Both the position numbers and the translations under genes were made by a program. From contig MU057987.1 of assembly GCA_013265495.1 (NCBI GenBank), positions 62,001 through 126,000 on the forward strand: DNA of 64,000 nucleotides, written 5' to 3'. The stretch is from Vicugna vicugna (lineage: Eukaryota). This document shows positions 11,652 to 25,094 of the stretch, piece after piece (position 1 is the first letter of the stretch; every line of letters begins with the position of its first letter). The notes under the pieces were generated by a model, which was not told the DNA's origin, made no database searches, and worked only from the letters and a program-made list of their open reading frames with translations.

Positions 11652-14600
11652 GGCTGGAAATGTAGTTAGACCTCATCCACATAGAGGTGGTGGGTTGAAC
11701 CATGTGTGAAACACTCTCCTTGAGGAAATGATTGAGCAAGTGGAAGAAAAGATCCAAGAGAACGTTTGGAGGATAAGCCTAAGATGAGAAAAAAGAAGAG
11801 CTGAATAACGAGAGAGGCCTAGAGAGAATAAAGTCACAGTCATCAAGTAAAGCAGGAGAGTTAGAGTAAGGTGACCTCCGGTACCCCATGTTGCAGAAAG
11901 ATGGGGATAAGGACTGCAAAATCGTTCCATTCAACTGGAGACAGTCAGTGACCAAAATGCCTGACCTTTGTAATTCTTGTCTCTTGTTGAGACTCCTTTA
12001 TAGTTCAGGAGAAGACTCAGCGATGCTCACATGGTTACCAGAACTGTGAATGACATGTGATTCGTTCACCATCACCAAAAATACCTCTTCAGCAGATACG
12101 CCACCTGCCACAGAAGGAACAGAGAATTGGGGTCCTTAAAATACATGCAGCCAGCAAGCTATTTTAACATAGAGAAGATAGGAAGCCATGAATTAAAAAA
12201 ACTACAGTTCCCTGTGATGATTTTTAATAATGCCAAACATCAAATATTGGCTTCCCTTGCGTTGGAAAATGAATAGATAAACACTTCTGCAATGACCTGA
12301 AGGCTTGGACAGAGAGGATAAATAAATTATTGACACATGAGGAGTAGACAATTCTCCATCCACCACTGAGCTTTTCATTCTTTGTGGAGCAGATGGTCTA
12401 AACAAAGCAGCCAAAAATAACAGGTGGGTTTTATTACATTAAGCCACTGAAAACACAAAGCCTCCACAGTTTAAAAGCATGTTTAAAATATTAGGCCTTA
12501 AAACCACCTTTGAAAATGATCTTTCATAGTTACAAAACACCTTTGTCCATCTTAGATGATGTCAAAGTATAAGGACCAATGTGAGGATGAACACATATTT
12601 AGAGACAGCAGGGGTGAGACAGCTTGGAAGAAACAGCTGCTCTTTATGGAAATGGTTTACACAGGGTTGTTAAACCATGTTGATAGAGTCTAACTGATAT
12701 GGATAACATCACCTCTTCTGGGACCAAACAAAGCTTAGGTCTAAGTCATTGCTGCCATAAACATGGCTGTCTCAGATGCCCGGCACATCTCCATCCCCTA
12801 CACAGAAGGCAGCCACAAAGAACTCAAATACCTTATTCCTCCTATAATTCGTCAGATACCTAAGTCCAATGATAGAAATCAAACTGCAGTCCAGTAACAT
12901 CTATCCTACATCATTCTCTGTATTTGTCTTACAGTGTATTGTTTTCATAAGTCAGGGGAGGAAAAAGAGTCTGTGAGGTGGGATGAGATGAAGGAAAATA
13001 CAATGTCATCGATGGAGGAGACAGTGCAGCTTTTTTTTCTCCCAGAGATTAATTCTTTTTTATAGTTTACTTATTAGCTATATGCATTTGATGACTAGTA
13101 TTTTCAGATTAAAGTAATGTCTCCTTACCTCCCTTTTCCAGTCTCCCATTTCCCTAGAAAAACCACCATTAGTATTTTTAGGAGCAGCCTTCAAAATCTG
13201 TGCATGTATATAAACAGTTGAAGAAATCTTCAAATCTTTAAACCTATAATAAATTTTAAGAATCTTTTACATTTATAAAACATCTCCATTCTTCTTGAAT
13301 AATTGAAAACCACAGGCACCTTCCTGGGTATGAAGCATGAATGATAAAAAATGAGATTATGTCTCCACTTAATGTTTGCAACTTGCTTCTTAAAAAAATT
13401 CAGCCCTGCCTCATGGACTTCTTTCATCATCAGCATGTGGAAATCCACTTCTTTACAAAACCATTTACAGCTCATTTAGTTTCCTTCATGAACAAATCCA
13501 GGGTCACAAATGAAAGACAAGAGAGAAGTGCCTACTATAACCTTCCAAGATGATCTAATGACCAGATTTCATGAAATGCTGAAATACGGACCTGACTCTC
13601 TGGCCTCTCCTTCTTTGCCATTCAGAGTGAAAGGGAGGAATCTTGGAAATGACAACAGATGACCTTCTTGGGTCTCGGAGAGGCCCAGGGAATGTAATTT
13701 CAGAGCAGAGAATGAAAAAAATATCTTTTCTGCTGTTTTCTCCAAAAGGGTTTATGAAGTGCTTACTGAGTCCCAGGTACTCTAGGGTGTGACATCAATC
13801 TATTGAAGCTGATACAAGTCCAACTCCTCTGCAACAGTGGTTTTAAATTTGGTGCCCATGGATCTATTGGTGTATGAATGTTTCAGAGAGCCCATGAAAT
13901 TTCTACATTTCTCTCTACGTGGTTTATTGAAGAGAGGAATCAGAGATTAAGAATAAATGCTCTAGTACAAGGTAATCTTGAAATTGTCACAAGGTCAATA
14001 AATACATTTGGGTGTTAAAAAAAATAAGTGTTCTAGAAGCTCTTTATCTAAATAATTCTTAAGAGACAAATAATAAAAAGAAATACCTACATGAAATGTT
14101 AATGTTTTTGTAATAACACCTCAAAAAAATCATGAGCTGAAGGGAAACTTCTTAACCCATTTAAAATAGGAAATAAAAATTTGTTCTTTTAAGCTTTACA
14201 AATTTTACATTAGATTCCCCCAGCCAAGAAGGCTCAGAAACGTGACTTGCTCTATAAAATTACTCAAAATTCACGAATGTACAATCACCCACTGGGCTGG
14301 TGGACATGTTCTCCGACTCTCTGAGTTCTATGTGTAGCAGTGGAGGCTGGAAGAATGACCCCAATCTGAATGCCAAGCTAATCTTTTTCTAAATCCCCGA
14401 CAAAGAAAAGCAAGTTAACATCTATAGGACAGAACAGTACCACTCTTTGGAAATTATAGCAAAACATCAGATGGGTCATGGTACTTTTTACTTCTTCTCT
14501 TAGAACAATTAACTCTTAGAAGCCAAGGAAAAATAATGTGTGTATGACCATTATTTAAAAGTCTTTGAATCAGCTTCTGGGTCTGCAGGTATGAGGAGAA

Positions 14601-15960
14601 GGTCAAGTAGAAAGCCCACCAGTTAGAGCTTTTCAAATTTCTCAAGCTGGCATCTCATCAACCATATCGTAGAGCAAACTGACATATGACCTCCTTTCAG
14701 AGTAATAAATTTCCAAGTAACAGTACTCTGTTGACTTCGTACTTTCTAACGAAGACTCCATGATTTGACACTAAGGTTCCCGGTCTTTTCTCATGACACT
14801 GACACATCAGAATTTCAAGGATGTTAAGCTTTTGCGAAAAATAAACTAGATCACCTTTGGGGTGAAAAAAAAAACTGTGATTGTGGTAAGCCAAGGAAAG
14901 GAACTTGAAGCTAGAGAGCTCATCTTTTTTAAAAACACCAAACTCTCTACTTTCATTTGTGTTTCTCAAGTACCAAATTGGTCACTGCTCATTTATGACG
15001 GAGTATTAACTCTTAAAAAGGCATGTCTCTTTTTCACTTTTTTTTTTCCAAAATTGCACTAGATTTGATCGGAATGGGAGGATAAATAATAGAACAAGTG
15101 AGTTAAGTTTCTCCTTTCACCCCTAAGTCTACTTTTCTTTCTGATCTAATGCAAGAATACTGTCTTTCCCAATCCCCGCCTCACCCCCACTTTTGGACTC
15201 TATTTGTTTCATCTTTCTGAAAACTAGCTGACTTTATGCTACTGTTCTCATCCTCATCCAGAAACAAAGGAAGCATTCTCCACTGAGAAAAATTTTCAGA
15301 TGAAAAGCTACGAAGTAGTGAGTTAAAAGATGTGACCACAACAGTTGGCCTACCTGGCATTGTCCTAAGCGCAGGAACACAATTCACTACTTTCCGTTCT
15401 GGCGCTCCACCTTTCCACATGCATTACTATAAATCTGGAGCCAACAGGTCTCCGATGGCTCAGGCATCGCTCGGTCTTAATGCCGCCTGTGAGACACCGT
15501 GTTCTGTTTTCCATAAGCAGTGAATGGGGTCGCGTGCTTTTCAGCTTCCCAAATTTACTAGGATATAGATTACCTGAAACAGACCTGTCAGCCCACAGAG
15601 CTGCTGTCACAAGCCTGCCTACAAGGCGAACGGTATTAAGGCGCAGGCTTCATTTATCTTTGTGACTGAGCTGTTGATCTCCACCACGCCCTGACTAATG
15701 AAGAGACACTTGAAACGCTCGCTAACACTGGTCTGCAACACATAGTTGATTAATAATGGAGCCCCAAACCTTTATTCTGTGAGTCCTACACTGTAAAGGC
15801 ACCGAGTAACTGTGATGTTTCCTCGTTTCCTCCAAGGGTAGCAACTCTTGCAGATTCACAAAACAGCAGACCCTCTCTTCCTCAGCTCCTCTTTCCCCCC
15901 CCTTTCTCTCCATCCCCCAACTATCACCCAAAGTCCAATAGGACGACATTTCAAAGCTGT

Positions 15961-16362
15961 CATCTTGATATCACTCATATGTGGAATTAAAAAAAAAAAA
16001 AGAAAAAAAAAGGACACTATGAACTCATCTACAAAACAGAAGCAGACTTGCAGACATAGCAAACAATCTTAGGGTCACTGGGGAAAGGGGGTGGGAAGGG
16101 ACAAATTTGAGGGTTTCAGATTTGCAAATGTTAGCCACTATATATCAAAATAGATTAAAAAATCATTTCAATACATTGGGAGTTCGAGATTTGCAGATAC
16201 TAACTACTACATGTAAGATAGATAAACAACAAGGTCCTACTGTATAGCACAGAGAGCTGTATTCAATTCCTTGTAGTAACCTATAATGAGGAAGAATATG
16301 AAAACGAATATATGTATGTACATGTATGACTGAAACACGCTGTACACCAGACACGGACACAA
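15961..16362 (+). mobile_element. L1 3' UTR fragment (older artiodactyl/camelid L1) lacking its final tail
   Basis: ATATCACTCATATGTGGAAT (ORF2 end), GAACTCATCTACAAAACAGAA, AACAAGGTCCTACTGTATAGCACAG, GCTGTACACCAG. Confidence 0.85.
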
Positions 16363-16453
16363 GAATATGGGGTTCTTTTTTTTTTACATTTTTTATTGAT
16401 TTATAATCATTTTACAATGTTGTGTCAAATTCCAGTAAGAATATGGGGTTCTT
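16361..16453 (-). mobile_element. 59-bp 5'-truncated young L1 insertion with 17-bp TSD
   Basis: TSD AAGAATATGGGGTTCTT at 16361-16377 and 16437-16453; body nearly identical to the terminal ~50 nt of the L1 at 34975-35035. Confidence 0.9.
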
Positions 16454-16913
16454 GTAAACATCTGGCAAACAATGATTTGGACATCCATTTATACGAAGAC
16501 TGGTCCTGTTAAAAGTGCAGGATTGATCAATTAAAGGACACTGTCTCTCATCTTATCTTTCTAACACTATTTAAATGCAACTGATATCCTTCCTTGCCTT
16601 AGAGAGGGCTGATTCAGACAATTTGAGAGAAATAATTGTTCACCTGTAGAATGCATCTGTCAATGAGAGTCTCTCCTTCTTTCTGTATAGACATATTTTG
16701 TAGCCAAGAAGTTCTTTCATTTACTCCTTTTCCTTTCCTTTACTCCTGCTAAAATGAATCATTTTTTTTCTTTTATAGGTGCCAAAAATGTTAGCATTTC
16801 GAAGACCACCTTTTCACTGCTCTAACAGAACAGGGGTTGAAGCAGGGCAGGGAAAGTCCTATATAACCCACTCACCCCTCCCCCCCCCCCCAGGTAGAGT
16901 CACCAAAGATATG

Positions 16914-17036
16914 AAAAGAAGGTTTCTACACAACATTGTAAATCAATTATACTTCAATTTAAAAAACTAACTAACTAACTAAATGCATAAAATTAGATGC
17001 TAAAAAAATAAATGAATAAATAAAAAGAAGGTTTCT
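16914..17036 (+). mobile_element. 95-bp 5'-truncated L1 3' end with 14-bp TSD
   Basis: TSD AAAAGAAGGTTTCT at 16914-16927 and 17023-17036; body ACACAACATTGTAAATCAATTATACTTCAAT followed by an A-rich tail. Confidence 0.85.
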
Positions 17037-17309
17037 CTTCTCCAGCAACATTTCTGAGGTTTTGGACTAACCTCCTATATGGTCATCCTCAGGGCACGCT
17101 CTGGACCACACAAGCTCCTCCCACTGACTCTTCTCCTTACTAAGCCACCTAAACTTCAGCGCGAGCTTAGCAGAGCCTCAGTGCTTCCATTTTTTCAAAA
17201 AAAGCTAGTATTTTCTATGGGATGGGGTTGTTGTGGGCATGAAATGAGAAATACACAACACTTCACAGAAGGGGAGGCACATGGAGTTCCATAGAGCCAT
17301 TAAATTGCA

Positions 17310-17510
17310 TTATTTTAACATATCTTGATAATCATCAATTCTGAGTAAAACTTTGCAAGGTAGCGTTATTGCCTTCCTCTTTTATTGACCAGAAAACTAA
17401 GACAGAAAGAGGTCAGTTAATTTTCCCATGAATATACCAAGCTACTGTCAGAACTGCTGGTGTTCAAACCCAGATCCATCTGACTTCCACGTCCATGCTC
17501 TTTCCACTGT
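17310..17510 (-). mobile_element. MIR SINE
   Basis: AGAAAACTAAGACAGAAAGAGGTCAGTTAATTTTCCCA...TTCAAACCCAGATCCATCTGACTTC. Confidence 0.65.
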
Positions 17511-19539
17511 CCTGCAGCTGCGATATCAGGGCGGGTGGGTCTTAACACCTTTGGCCATCGCTCTGAGTTAGCACATGAGCTGTGTTCTCCCTGCCAAAGA
17601 GTGGGTCTTCAAGAAAAATGGGAGGCATACTACGAGCCAAAGCCCTTATGAGTATAGATGATGTGCAGTGAGCGCACTTGCCCCCTAGGAAGGCGAGAAC
17701 AGTCAAAGGCTGAATTATCTGCAACATTCTATTTTTACATCCAAAGGGATTGCAGTCGACTCACGATGAACATTCAGATCTCATAATTCACCATGCTCTT
17801 TATTCTGTTTTTGGAAAGGCTTCCTGTTTCTGATTTGACAAGCCATCTGCCTTGTTAGTTTTCCTTCCTTTCTCAATTTTTTTTTTTACCTTTTAAAATA
17901 AACTCTAGAAGCAGCCCAAGGTAAAGCACAAAATAATAATAATGAAGAAAAACAGAATTTATGGCTACAAATAGCCGTTCCTAGTGTTTTTAATTTGTCA
18001 GTTTGTTGGCTTGACTGAAAGTCCACTAAATAGGAACATAATTTCTATGCTACTGACTGCATGCAAATACAATTAGTCACTATTTCTTAATATGAAATTG
18101 CAAGATGGCTTACTTTTAGAAATCCAGAAGCAAATGTAATTAGATATTGAAAACAGTTTGCATGTTCTGGTCAAATGTGTCAATAACTTTGATTAATATA
18201 CTATTTTGTAATTGTCAAAGCATTTTCATATATATCATTAGATTTAATCCTCACATCTACCTACCCTGGGAATAAATTAGGTTGTAGCTGAGGATGTATT
18301 GGGTGGACTGTATTTGGTAAAAGTTCTACAGATTCTGCCAAGCAATCCTGTCCCTTTGGTTAAGCATTGGGATTACAGGAATCTACATACATCTCCTAAT
18401 CTGTCACATGGCCATGGCTGGAAAACTGACAGCCACAGGGAGAAATAAAAAAATGAAACAAAACAGAACCTGCTTCTTCTTGGTAAACACTTGCATTTTA
18501 AGTGCATTCCATTATCTCTGAAGTTCTGTCTTTGACCTTTTCAGACTCCCCAGGAACTTGATGGGAATGGAAACCATCATATAGCACGGTGTGAGATGCC
18601 TTAGGCAACTTGCTTAATATTTAAAGGCTGAAAAATAATTACTTTGGCCTCAGTATAAGCAGGTTTTTTTTTTTTTACTTGTATCCCTTGTGACCAATGA
18701 GCAAATTACTTTATTAGGAAATCATTAGAGCATAATTTGCTTCTATATGCTACTGACATCAATTTTCATTTCCTATAATGAAACTACATGTTCTCATGAT
18801 ATATTATTATTGTAAATACTAGGCTGCCAGATATTGATTTGAAATTGTCATTAACCCTAACACTTATGCCTTTCTTAAAAAGTGTATGAGTTTACAAAGT
18901 TTGTGTCACATTTCGGTCTCCTTCACCTTACTTATACACAAAATGCTCTTTCCAAAGATAGACAGAGTTGAGCCTCAAAATAAAATTTCCGTAAACATTT
19001 CCCATTGTGTTGTCTTGTTTTAATTCTTGAAAGACGTAAAAGCCCTGCTGAATTGGTTTGGACCGCTGACACAGGAAATAGGATCTGAGCAAAGGCAAAG
19101 TCACAGAGTTTCAGAAGGTCAGAATAATATGGGAAGTGTGTAAGCATTTTACAAGAAAGGCCTGGCATCAAGACTTTTAGAAGACAAGGATGCCCAGAAC
19201 CCAGGTTGAAACTTCCGGTTAGAATCCTAGTCTTGTCATCAAACACATGCCTGAAAAGACAAATATGAACGAGGAAAATGTAAGTATTGTAAACCCCGTT
19301 CTCTGCTTCTAAAGATGAGGGAAGCTAGGGTAACTGACAGGCATCCAACAGCTGTCAGCTGGGCTGGAACTCAACTCCGAGTTCCACTCGAAGAAACTCT
19401 CGTCCCCAGCCCCTGCGAGTGCCCGACGGACAAAGGTACTGGCAGCCTGACCACCACCTGAGAGCTGTAACATAGTCTACACATTAAAAAATCACCTAAG
19501 CAGTTTCTTGGGTTTTGGTTTTGTTTTGTTTCTTTAAAG

Positions 19540-22500
19540 AGGGCTTCCACTTCTGGCCACAATGGGACAATTGGTATTGAACTTATTCTACGGTCGTGAA
19601 TACGTGTAAAAATGGACCGAGTACAGGAGACAGCCATTTTTAGGTATTCGACAGTGTCAGAAGATCGTAGTATTTGAGAGAATGAAAATACAAGAGATGC
19701 GATCCATTTTGCCCCAGTTTTTGCCTGGCGCTACTTTCCCAGTCTCAGTACAGGGCAGCAGAGTCCCAGCAGCGAGATCTAGGGGTCAGAGGTGAGGAGG
19801 GAAGATGAAGATGGCAGCCTGGTGCTGCTGAGGCCATGGCGATTTGTGGAGCAGGGTACAAGACAGGAGGGGACTGCACAGACGGTGGCCCCAAAGGATG
19901 GCGTGGGGTTTCCTGTAAGACCCCAGCTGAAAGCTGCTCTCTGCCTGTGCGGGGGGCGCCTGGCAGGCCTGGCAGACGGCAGGTGCTGCAGCGCCAAGAG
20001 CCGCCCAGGGACACCGGCCGCCTGGCGCTGCTGGGGGGAGTCAGCGGTCTGGCCCGGCTAGACAAGTGGTGAGTTGCGTTCTGGCAGCTGGTTAGCTTGC
20101 TGTTGTATCCCAGTGAACCTGTGAGGCTTGGTTTTATCTTCAGTTAAACTAGATCTACACTGCTTTATTTTCTTTGTCCTAAACTACAGTCCTTACTCTA
20201 AGGCATAGTCCTTACTCTCGTTACACGGCCTTTCTGGGTCTCAACTGAGGGCCCAGCAGTCAGAGAAAACCACATCTTAGGCCCATCACAGGCAGATTGT
20301 GGAAAACAAAAGATGAACGGAAGATCTTAAAAGCGGAGGAAAAACACACGTCATATCCAGATGACCAGGGAGGCAAGTGATGGCTGACTTCCACTGGATG
20401 TAGTGACAGCCTGTGAAACAGCGCATGCAAAGCACTGGGGAGAAAAACGGTCAAGCCAGAAATCTCTCCTTCCATAATGAGGGTGGAACAAAAAGATACT
20501 CGCTTCAACGGTTTCTCAGAAAATTTGCCGCCAGCAAACCTGCACTACAGGAAGTGCTGAAGGAAGTTCTTCAGGCTGAAGGCAAACATTATCAGATGGA
20601 AACTTATGACTGTTAGGAAGAAAATTAATTAAGTTATAACTAAGTAAGAAAAACTAAGAGAAACAGTCGATATATGGGCAAATGAAAAGGACTACTTCAA
20701 ACAAGAATTAATAACATCTATTATATGTATATAGAAATAGAATATTGACAACAAAAGCACCAAAGACAAGAGATAGATTAGAAATTACATTTCTTAGGTC
20801 CTTACATTTTACACAAACTAGTACAATATTAATTTTAAGTAGACAATGAGTTCAGGATGTGCATTGTAATTCCTCAATAGCACAAAAAACTATACAAGAA
20901 ATATAACTAAAAACGCAATGGAAGAAACAAAGCGTAATACTAAATGTGTTTCTTTTGAGACAATTGACACTTTATCCAGAGAACAGACATTGAAAATGAA
21001 CATAAATTAAAGATAATGCTTTGATATCAAACTAGAATAACTCTGCCTTTGGCTCTTATATTGAATCTTTAAAAACACAATAGAAGAAACAGAATATCAT
21101 ACTAAATGTAGAGAGAAAGAGATAAGACAGAGAGAAAGCAGACAAAACGTTGGTAAAATTAATCCAAGTGTAGCAGCAATTACATTTAATGTAAATGGGC
21201 TAAGTACTCCAATTTAAACAGCATTACCTAACCTCATGCTCTCTGTAAGAGATGCACTTTAATGACACTGATAGCTTAGAATTAAAAAGGTAGAAAATGG
21301 CTTAGAATGTGAATAGTAAATACAAACAGTAAGCATAAGAAAGTTGATGTTTGTTTGATGTCAAATAAAGTAGATTTCAATAGAAAGAGTAATACTGGTG
21401 ATAAAGAATGTCATTTTATGTTGATGAAATGATCAGTTCATTAGAAAGATACTGTAATCCAAATGTGTGTTACCTACTAACAGCTCTAAAATACATGAAG
21501 CAAAGTCCTGATAGAACTAAAAGGAGAAATAGATAAATTCATAATTACGTTTGGAAATTTTATATAAGGTTTTATACTAATTAATAGAAAAATCTCCAAA
21601 AATGTAAGGACACAGAAGGTTTGCCAACACAATAAACTAACCTGACCTAGTGGGTATTTATAGTGGTACCCCAACAATTGCAGAGTGCACACTTAACAGT
21701 TTTCAAGGTAGAACTTACCATGGGCCATAAAATAAGTATCAGTAAGTTCCAATGAATGAAATAGTACAGAATATTTTATCTGACTGAAGCAGAATAATAT
21801 TAGATAACAATGATAAGTTATCTAGAAAACCCTTACATTTTTTGAAAACGAAACAGGAAACTTCTAAGGAGTGATTAATTTTTGTTGAACCCAGGACCTC
21901 TGTGCTCTGCCACTGAGCTCTGCCCACTGCCTGAAAGAAGAAATCTCTAACCAACTCAAGAACAAAAGAAAAAATTAAGAAATTAGAAAACATTTTGAAC
22001 TGAATGATAAACATAACATGTCTATTGGGGACCCAATTAGAATAGTGCCTAGAAATTTGCTTTAAATGCATTTATAATAATAAAAATCACTTGAAGTCAA
22101 ATATCTAAGTTGATACATGGAGAATCTAGTAAAAAGAAGAGAAAACCAAACCCTAAGTTGAAGGAAGTGAAAAATAAAGAGAGGAGCAGAAATAAACAAC
22201 AAAAAATTTTACGTCAAAATTTGATTCTTCGAACAGCTCAACAAAATGGATACATCTTTGAAAGACTAACAAGAAAAAACGAGGAACTACCTAGTAACGA
22301 TATAAACATCAATACAGATCCCACAGACATTAAAAATAATAAGGGAGATTTTATTAAAAACTTTACGCCAATACGTTCAAGTATTTAGGTGAAAAGGAAA
22401 AATTAATTGAAAAACGCAACTTTTGAAATCTGGCATAAAAATGGAAAACAGAATAGTTCTTTATATATTAAAGAAATCTAGTTTATGTTAATAAAGGAAA

Positions 22501-23360
22501 GAACCCACTGAGAAGAGAACTCCAAGCCTTGACAGGTTCACTGGTGAATGCTCTCAGGCATTTAAGGAAGAAATACTACTACACGCGGCAAAAAAATCTT
22601 TCAGAAACTAGAGCTGATGGGAGCACATCCCAGCTTATCTTATGAGGTCATCATAATTACAGGCTAATATTACTCAGGAGCATAGATGCAAAAATTATTA
22701 GCAAAATACTCTTGAATTGAATACTAAAATAGCTGAAAACAGGGTAATTCTCTATGTCTAACTGAGGCTTGTCACAGGAATGTAAAATGGTTTGTTATTT
22801 AAAAAAATCGTTCAATACATCTATATTTTACCATTTTAACAGGAAAGAGAAAGATCTTATAACTACCTCAACTGATAAAAGAAAAGCATTTGACAAAATT
22901 AAAGACTTATTCCTGTAAAGACAACAAGCTAAGATTGGAGATGAATTTATCAATCAGATAAAGACAATCTATGAAACACATACAGCTGACATCACACTAA
23001 GTGGTGACATATTTTAACACTTTCTTCCCAAAAGTAAGGTAAGAAAGTTCATTGAAAATCAATATATTTCTATGTTCCAGGAAAAAAACTATTGGAACAT
23101 AAAAACAAAATATCATTTACCACAGTATCAAAAAATAAAATAATTCAAAGTGAAAAATTGGACCTCTCAATTAGACAGAATCTGCTTATCAAAAGACACG
23201 ACAAAGAAAATATGAAAGGCAATCAACAGACTGAGAAAAAAATTTAGCTAAAAATAAAAAGATTGACTACATCAAATATAAAAACCATCTGCAAACATTT
23301 GTCAATACTCACAGACATACCCTTAAGATGAATGCAATTCACTCTATGTAAAAAATGTTT
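19540..23360 (+). mobile_element. Old L1M (L1MC/MD/ME-type), fragmented 5' UTR-ORF1-ORF2-3' UTR
   Basis: ORF1 remnant (LRKFAASKPALQEVLKEVLQAEGK, ~20510-20590); decayed EN/RT remnants 21180-23030 (AATGTAAATGGGCTAA, CATAGATGCAAAAAT, AAAAGCATTTGACAAAATT); many frameshifts and stops. Confidence 0.85.
21885..21931 (-). mobile_element. Internally deleted tRNA-derived SINE head (Vic-1-like) nested in old L1
   Basis: Minus strand GGCAGTGGGCAGAGCTCAGTGGCAGAGCACAGAGGTCCTGGGTTCAA has an A box (AGCTCAGTGG) and a B-box start (GGTTCAA). Confidence 0.6.
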
Positions 23361-23479
23361 AAGTACGTTGCATTTCAGCCTTTAAATTAAAAACAAATTG
23401 TAACATTGATTCCATAGCTTCCTTCATCCTCTCCCCTTCCTCAGATTCTGAGTAGACAGTTGTAGGGTTAGACCACAGC

Positions 23480-23628
23480 CAAGATTGGCTACATCATTTG
23501 CAGGGACCAGAACAAAGTGAAATCATGGTACCTTTTTTTAGAATTATTGAGATTTCAAGACAGCAACAACAGAGCATTTAATTAAGCAAGGAGCTGTACA
23601 GGTGGCATCCTGTGAAGCCAGTCCTGGC
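23480..23628 (-). mobile_element. MER45A-like hAT-Tip100 MITE
   Basis: GGCTACATCATTTGCAGGG...ATTTCAAGACAGCAACAACAGAGCATT...TGAAGCCAGTCCTG. Confidence 0.7.
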
Positions 23629-25094
23629 CACAGAGATGGTACTTTTTAAAAAGTTCTTCTATTGATTCTCATGAGAGAACTGGTTTGAGATCCACATGTA
23701 GCACACTGACCTGCAGATTCACTTGGAGTGGTCTGTGTATCAGTACAAATTTCAACATTTATGAATTTGACTAGTATATATAGGTTAACTATATTTTTAA
23801 AGATTAAGATATTATTATAATCAATAAAATATAATTTTTAATATTGCTAATAGCTTTCAAATGCAATTATACATTTTGCCATTATGTACAAATAAATTCT
23901 AAAAGCACAACTGCCTTATGTTCAAAGAGAATATTCACCTTTAAAAAGTTTGGGATTCACTTCTTTGCATATTACCTTTTACCACACCTAAGCACTTTTT
24001 CATACACACTTTCTTCTGATTGTGAGCATATTAGTAAGGATAGAGTTTCTTCTCCACTAAAATCCCATTCACTATTAATACAACTCAAAAATTTCATGGA
24101 TTATACGCTAATGATTTATTTTCAAAATGAAATTCTTGATAGTTTACATTTTAGCCAAAAGGCAACTGCAAAACCCTGAATGCTCTAGATAAGCAGGTAA
24201 CAGGAAACTTAGAAAACTGTGGGTTAGGAAAGTGATACAATGACAGGAAAAGTTAGCTCAAGAAAAGCAATGTCCCAGGTTACTATTATTTCAATAATTT
24301 AACATATGCAAGTTATTTGTTAAGTAAAAATGTATTAGAAATGTTTAATACAAGTTTAATAAATCTGTATAGTTCACAAGCATGTATTAAATCATTTCAA
24401 GTGGCTAAAAAAGAAAACCAGGAGCTTACGCAAATTCTTTTTCTGTAAACACAGCCATTTTCTCATTCAACACTGTTTTTCAGCCGTCTGTGATATGTCT
24501 GGCATTGTTATGGGCCTAGGGTTTTGTCAGTAAGTAACGTAACACCTTCCCGCCATAGAATTCATTCTGGTGAAGGGCTTAAAGATGGTTGGTAAAGCTT
24601 AATGAGGTATTCACACTACTGAGTCCTAGTGCTTGTGGAAATAATTTAAATGGAAAGTTGTACTTCTGGTACAAATACCAGTTCAGGGAACCCAAAGTGA
24701 AAGAAAAATAGGTAACACTCAGGAGAGGCTCATATAAAGTTTTGGAACTCAAAAAGTTTGGAAAAAGAGAGACTAAACCAAAAAAATTTTTGATTTTTGA
24801 ATAATTAATCAAGATTATAGATAATAACTAATGCAAACAGATTCCACGGGGCAAATGAAAATTAAGGCAGGATAACATGTACTAGATGTTGGGCATGTTG
24901 GGAAAAGTGAATCCTAGGAATAATCAATTTCCTTTGAAAATATTGGAAATCCTATTTGTGTGATTAGCATATAGCCTGGAACATTCTGGAGAACTGATGC
25001 AATGGGGAACAGATGAGTGGATTGTTTTCTAATTGAAAGGTTTTACTATGCAAAATTGTTTTTAATCTTAGGAAAATTTATATGGTATCAAAAT

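Larger units (their letters stand above)
10230..11960 (-). mobile_element. Degenerate L2 LINE 3' region, interrupted by MIR and MLT1
   Basis: TTATTGAGCAC..CTCTGTGCCA (L2 3' end in antisense) followed by purine-rich L2-like sequence on both sides of the MLT1 copy. Confidence 0.5.

Noticed and set aside
16779..16895. Strong + strand acceptor (long pyrimidine tract, TATAG)
   Set aside because: No convincing donor or recognisable coding frame.
21885..21931. Possible tRNA gene
   Set aside because: No anticodon arm or acceptor stem; it is a SINE remnant.
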